Of a stretch of 64,000 bases of DNA, positions 59,500 to 64,000 are shown in pieces. The translations under genes and the position numbers were made by a program. Position 1 is the stretch's first letter; each line of letters starts with the position of its first letter. This DNA comes from Takakia lepidozioides. Taxonomy: Eukaryota > Plantae > Bryophyta. Below the pieces are notes generated by a model. That model saw nothing but the letters and a program-made list of their open reading frames with translations, searched no databases and was not told where the DNA came from. The stretch is taken from positions 54,808,001 to 54,872,000 of the forward strand of contig CM060733.1 of NCBI GenBank assembly GCA_030704615.1, given 5' to 3'.

Positions 59500-62400
59500 G
59501 TAGAATATCTAGATGATCACGTCTAATATCAGACTTTGCATTGAAGATGACCAGTTTTCCCGATCCAAGGACTCTAGTGGAGACGCATATTTTTGCATCA
59601 GATCGAACCTTGAGATCCGATATTTTGTAATGGGGCGTGCATCTACTGTGTTTGTCAATGTCTTGTGGATGCAGGAGAAGTCTTCGCGATTGCAACCCGA
59701 CTTTTTAAAACATGTGAGGCAAAGGTCGTAGTTGAGATTCTCTTGCAGTTTGCCCCTCAGCTTCATCCTTCCACTCTCTTGGCATGCACTGCATCTGCAT
59801 CTGGAGGTGGCAAATGTTGCTGTGAAGCACTGCCCGCAAATATCAAGGGCAATCTCAATACCCTTAGCTTTGAAGCGAGGTCCGACTAATGGCTTTAATT
59901 GGCAACCGTCGCATTCTATTCCCATATGCACCTCTGACAGTTGTATGGCTGAATATTCAGCGTTACAATGTCTGGAGTCGACCAATTAGAGAATGCACTC
60001 TTCGTAGGTAGATTCGGCATCGCCCTGACCTTCAGGTTTGCAACTACTCCATGCATCTTTCTAAAATTTATCTCATTACCCTTATAATATTCTGGTGGAA
60101 GCCTTGGAACTTTTCTCAGCTCGTTGCAGCACAAGAGAGATAAGTACTTCAATTTCCGTAATTGGCGAAGATCAGGGATATTCTTTAACCGGAAACAATA
60201 GCTACAGTCGAATGATGTTAACTCCGACAAGCGGCCAATACCACGGACCTCCTTCACATTTGTCCGTGCGATAGTAAGCTCCTGCAGATACGAGAGTGCA
60301 CTGAAATCAACCAATTGACTTAATAAACACCCTTTCAGATTGAGGATTGTTAAGGTCTTCAATCCCTCCAATCCCGCAGGTAGCTTCCCCAAGGGCATGT
60401 ACTTCAAGTCGAGGTTTTTCAAGTTTGTCAAACGGCCTATCTCCGGTAAGTCATGGTCTTCCAATTCTTCAGGATATTGCTGAAGAAAGTATTCTTGGAT
60501 TTTTTCGGATGGCTGGCAATGGATTAGGCTCTGCCTCTGTTCAAGTGCTGAAGGTGGGCAGTATCAACTCGGTAAGTAACGGCAAATCCCTCAATTCTGG
60601 CATATGTCCATACGAAGTCCTCCATGCCAATTGGGCTGTTGTTAGCTTCGGACACGACTGAATAACTTGAACATGCGGAGTACTTTCACCAAGAAATTGC
60701 AACTTCTCCAAGTTCGAGCAAGATTGAAATATGAGAGGTTCCGCCAAGCTGTGGCAATCCTTTGACACCAGAATAGTGTGTAGTTGTAAGCACTTGCTAA
60801 AATCTGGAATCCTCTTTAGACTTCGGTTGTATAGAAGCTAATGAAACGCTGCATTCCCCAACCACTTTGTGGCGAGTCAGAAACTAAGTCTTGGTCCTTG
60901 CCATTGTCACCCACGTGTTCCGTCCAACTCAGGACTTCCAATTGTGAGCAATCCAATATCATCAGGTGCCTCAGGCTGTATAAGTGCCCAATCGGCAACT
61001 TATATATGTCATTGCACTGAACAAGATGTAGCATAACAACTGTAGACCACGGCTGCACCTCTGGTAAATAGCTGTCACATTTTAGTAGTGAAACTCTTGG
61101 TACGGTAGGCCATTTTGTGGCTTCAATAACAGCTGAGTTCTCGAAGTAAATCCCGAACTCTTTATCTTTATTGTTGGTGAGGTGATGCTTGGCAAATTCT
61201 TTGTAAAGGTCGTGCATGCTTATGATCCCATCCTGATAACTCAAAAATGACTTCCTCCGCAACTCCATTAGCTGCACCAGTCGAACAATATAATCAGTCA
61301 CAAGATTTATAAAACTTTCCCAAACGAGTCAAAGTTGCATGTTACCCACATCACTCCAGCCTGTAGCTGGTGATCTATAGATCATTCCTTATTGCATCTG
61401 TTTGTCGCTGTATGTCGTCCTGTTGTTTCTGTACATAGCATACTTACTACCAATTCAATTTTGCAGCAGCTAAGGATCGTAGAATGGTCACTGGTGACTC
61501 TTACATTGGAAAAACATGGTGCAAATTTACATTGCAAGAGGACATAATAAACATCTTCAAAGGTAGAGTGCAACAGATTCGGGAAATCTACACGGCCTGT
61601 AAACGCATGCAAATGTACATCAAGTTGGTTTGAAAGTGAGTTCGGGAGTGAACGCACCTTTGTGTCTATGCGGTGAGTTTCACCATGAATGACAACCAGC
61701 CATTCAAAAATCTTGGCAGCATCAAGAAATGGTGGTGTGTACAGAGCCACATCAAAGAACAACTGCTTTCCCTTATCACAAAGTGATTCAAACCCGAGTC
61801 CCAAAATGCTGAAGATGTCTTTTGACTCACGAGAATCATGGAGCATCAAACTTGCATCATTCGATTTTAACACTTCTTTCCATCTGGAACATCCTGCAAG
61901 AAACATGCTACAGCTCGTAGTGCTAGTGGATGATAATACCCACTGCGGTTGTCCTCAGACGTTGCGTTTCCTTCTATTCCCATGGATAAGTTGTCACGTT
62001 TTACAACTGGCTCTCTAATACTCTCATCTGGCACGCCCTCCTCAAATGGAAAGCAACAAGTTTTCACACATGCACGAATTACTTCCAGGTTGGAAGACGA
62101 TACTCCTAATCGAGGTGCAGCTATCTTCAGGAAAAGTTTCATGGCCTCCTCCTCGTTCATATTTGGGATGGGCTTACAACAAGTTGTATCAGGAAGCACA
62201 GCGTTCACAATATCCTGATTTCTTGAAGTAATCAGTAGTTTGCTACCTGGACAACTGATGCACTCTAGATAGTCTCGAGCCTCCTGCCGAGATGCTTCAT
62301 CATCTTGGACATTGTCTACAGCCAGAAAAACACGTCTACCTTTCAGGCGCTCTTTCAAACGCTCTTTAGCCTGCAACCAAAGAATCACTTCCAAACTTTT

Positions 62401-63170
62401 ACGACACGAGAATATACGAAGAGTACTAAGGTACTACTGCTGCAGATTGAAATTTGTCAGAACTTTGTCAACTGTTTTGTACCTCGAGTAGAATTATTTG
62501 CACTATGCCGCATGTCTACTACAAACATATATATCTCTTTGGCAATCATTCGGCTGGCCAGAATTACAGAATGACACCTTACAGACTCAGACTTGTAATT
62601 GATTGCAGAACGTTATCATACTGCAGATGAAGCACTTGGAGAAAGAGTCACAAGCAGCACGAACTCTCCAAATGTTCAGTGGTCAAGTATCGAGGGAGCA
62701 AATGAGATACCGGACATACAGTCTCAAAGGTGTAGGCTCGAAGAAGAAACGAGGCTCCAAAAGACGAAGGAAGAGAACCCAAACGAGGTAGGGAGGACGT
62801 CGGACGGGTAACATATATTCATCCCTATACAACCCTCGATTTGGTTTCTACGACCAAAGCAAGCTACGAGATTGCTTACCACACTCGGTTCCTGAATGTT
62901 TTCTGCGGGACGATTCCTCAATTCTGTAAGTTCCCGTAAGACCTTCTTTTGACGGTCGAGTTGTCTTCGTGCATTGTCAGGCCCATGGCCGGGCTCATGG
63001 CCTCCAAGCTCCACATGACAAACTTTAAAATCAAATTCCGATGATAAATGGCTACACAACGCTTTGCACATTGTTGTCTTGCCTAAACCTCCCATGCCGT
63101 ATAGTCCTAGATATTGTACTTTGCTGTTGTGCTCAGCAGTACTATCGTGGAACATTCCCGATAAGACCTG
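59500..63170 (-). pseudogene. NB-ARC-LRR (NLR) gene with C-terminal ZZ zinc fingers, disrupted
   Basis: P-loop GMGGLGKT, kinase-2 FLAVDNV, RNBS-B SKLLITSRN, GLPL-like YHPLAL, MHDL, LxxLxL LRRs (60000-61050), then HMGIECDGC..PLVGPRFK..DICGQC and RCSAC...NYDLCLTC; several frameshifts. Confidence 0.88.
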
Positions 63171-63570
63171 TATTGGTTGAAAACCCAAATCAGAGAGCAT
63201 ACACCCGCATGGCAACTGAAACATTCAGATCCTAACAACTTCACTTGCGATTCAACCTTAACGCATCCTTACAGACTTTCACAAAGAGGTGTAGGGGTCC
63301 CATTAGTAGATGATTTGAGTGTTTCATACGAGAGGTGTCCATTAGTTGGGATTTCTCAAAGACATATTTTGTCAGTTTCTAACCCTTGGTGGGTGGGCCA
63401 TTTATTGCATTGCATCTTTTGCTAATTGAGAGTATAAAATTGCCAACAGAAGATAAGACCAAGGAATTGCAAGGAAGCTACAATCCTTGCCTATCTTCAA
63501 ACTAGGCACAAATTAATGCTGATTATCGAACCAGGGACTTCACTTATTCATTTGTCAGCAATGACTTGGC

Positions 63571-64000
63571 TCATGGCTTGGTTGCACTTATAGGCAGCCA
63601 CCGGATTGGTCTTGACCTTGTCTCTAGATCAACAGTGTCTTCACCAGCATCTAGTGTTCCTTGAGCATAAATGTTAGCCTTTTCATATTCCAGAAGGCTA
63701 TTGTCTGATGGAAATGTCCTCAGTCTTTAGCCATGAGTGGTTGAGTAGCACACCAGGGATTATTGGAACATAACTAACTTCCAACTTCAAATGCTGTTCT
63801 CCCTAAGCGAGTACACACCACCCAACTTCGTCTCTTGTAGGCCTTGAAGAATCCACTGTATGCAAGTACCAGATCACTGCCAATCAGATGACAGTGATGA
63901 CATAGAATCATTAGCCACAACAGACTAGAGGGGATTGGTCCCATTATCTAGTTCAAAAATGTTGCAGTCTTACCCAACTCTTCCTTCTGTTTGAAAGCAA
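63571..64000 (-). CDS. Probable 3' exons of an unidentified gene entering from the right edge
   Basis: GT-AG bounded open segments CFQTEGRV.., DLVLAYSGFFKAYKRRSW and NSLLEYEKANIYAQG...RSRPIRWLPISATKP*; family not recognised. Confidence 0.35.

Overview
Intron-containing plant nuclear DNA, most likely a bryophyte (inferred from a moss-type 5S rRNA sequence, a flagellar radial-spoke MORN gene and PLS-DYW PPR genes; species not determined). The left ~14 kb holds conserved genes: the 3' part of a UAP56 helicase, an OPA3-like gene and a CCR/DFR-like reductase, with LINE, SINE and piggyBac debris and a 500-N gap. The rest is a rearranged accessory region: a decayed fungal-type AAA+ ATPase, Athila-like and chromovirus-like Ty3/gypsy elements (one nested antisense in another), two PLS-class PPR pseudogenes, an HD-phosphohydrolase pseudogene, an RSPH1-like gene, Helitron and copia remnants, a Uma2-like nuclease fragment and a degenerate NB-ARC-LRR gene with C-terminal ZZ fingers. 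Main observations: (1) a PPR-DYW RNA-editing-type gene carries a spliced N-terminal OSB-type PDF (ssDNA-binding) motif, and its DYW-less paralogue keeps half of it; (2) a full-length 5S rRNA copy is fused to a LINE 3' tail (SINE3-like); (3) a ~20.6-kb inversion (~33033-53623) is supported by reciprocal gag/PPR junctions and a split CAGTG target-site duplication; (4) an in-frame PPR-E::HD fusion; (5) an NLR with NBR1-like ZZ domains. All family assignments are from motif recognition by eye; no searches were run.
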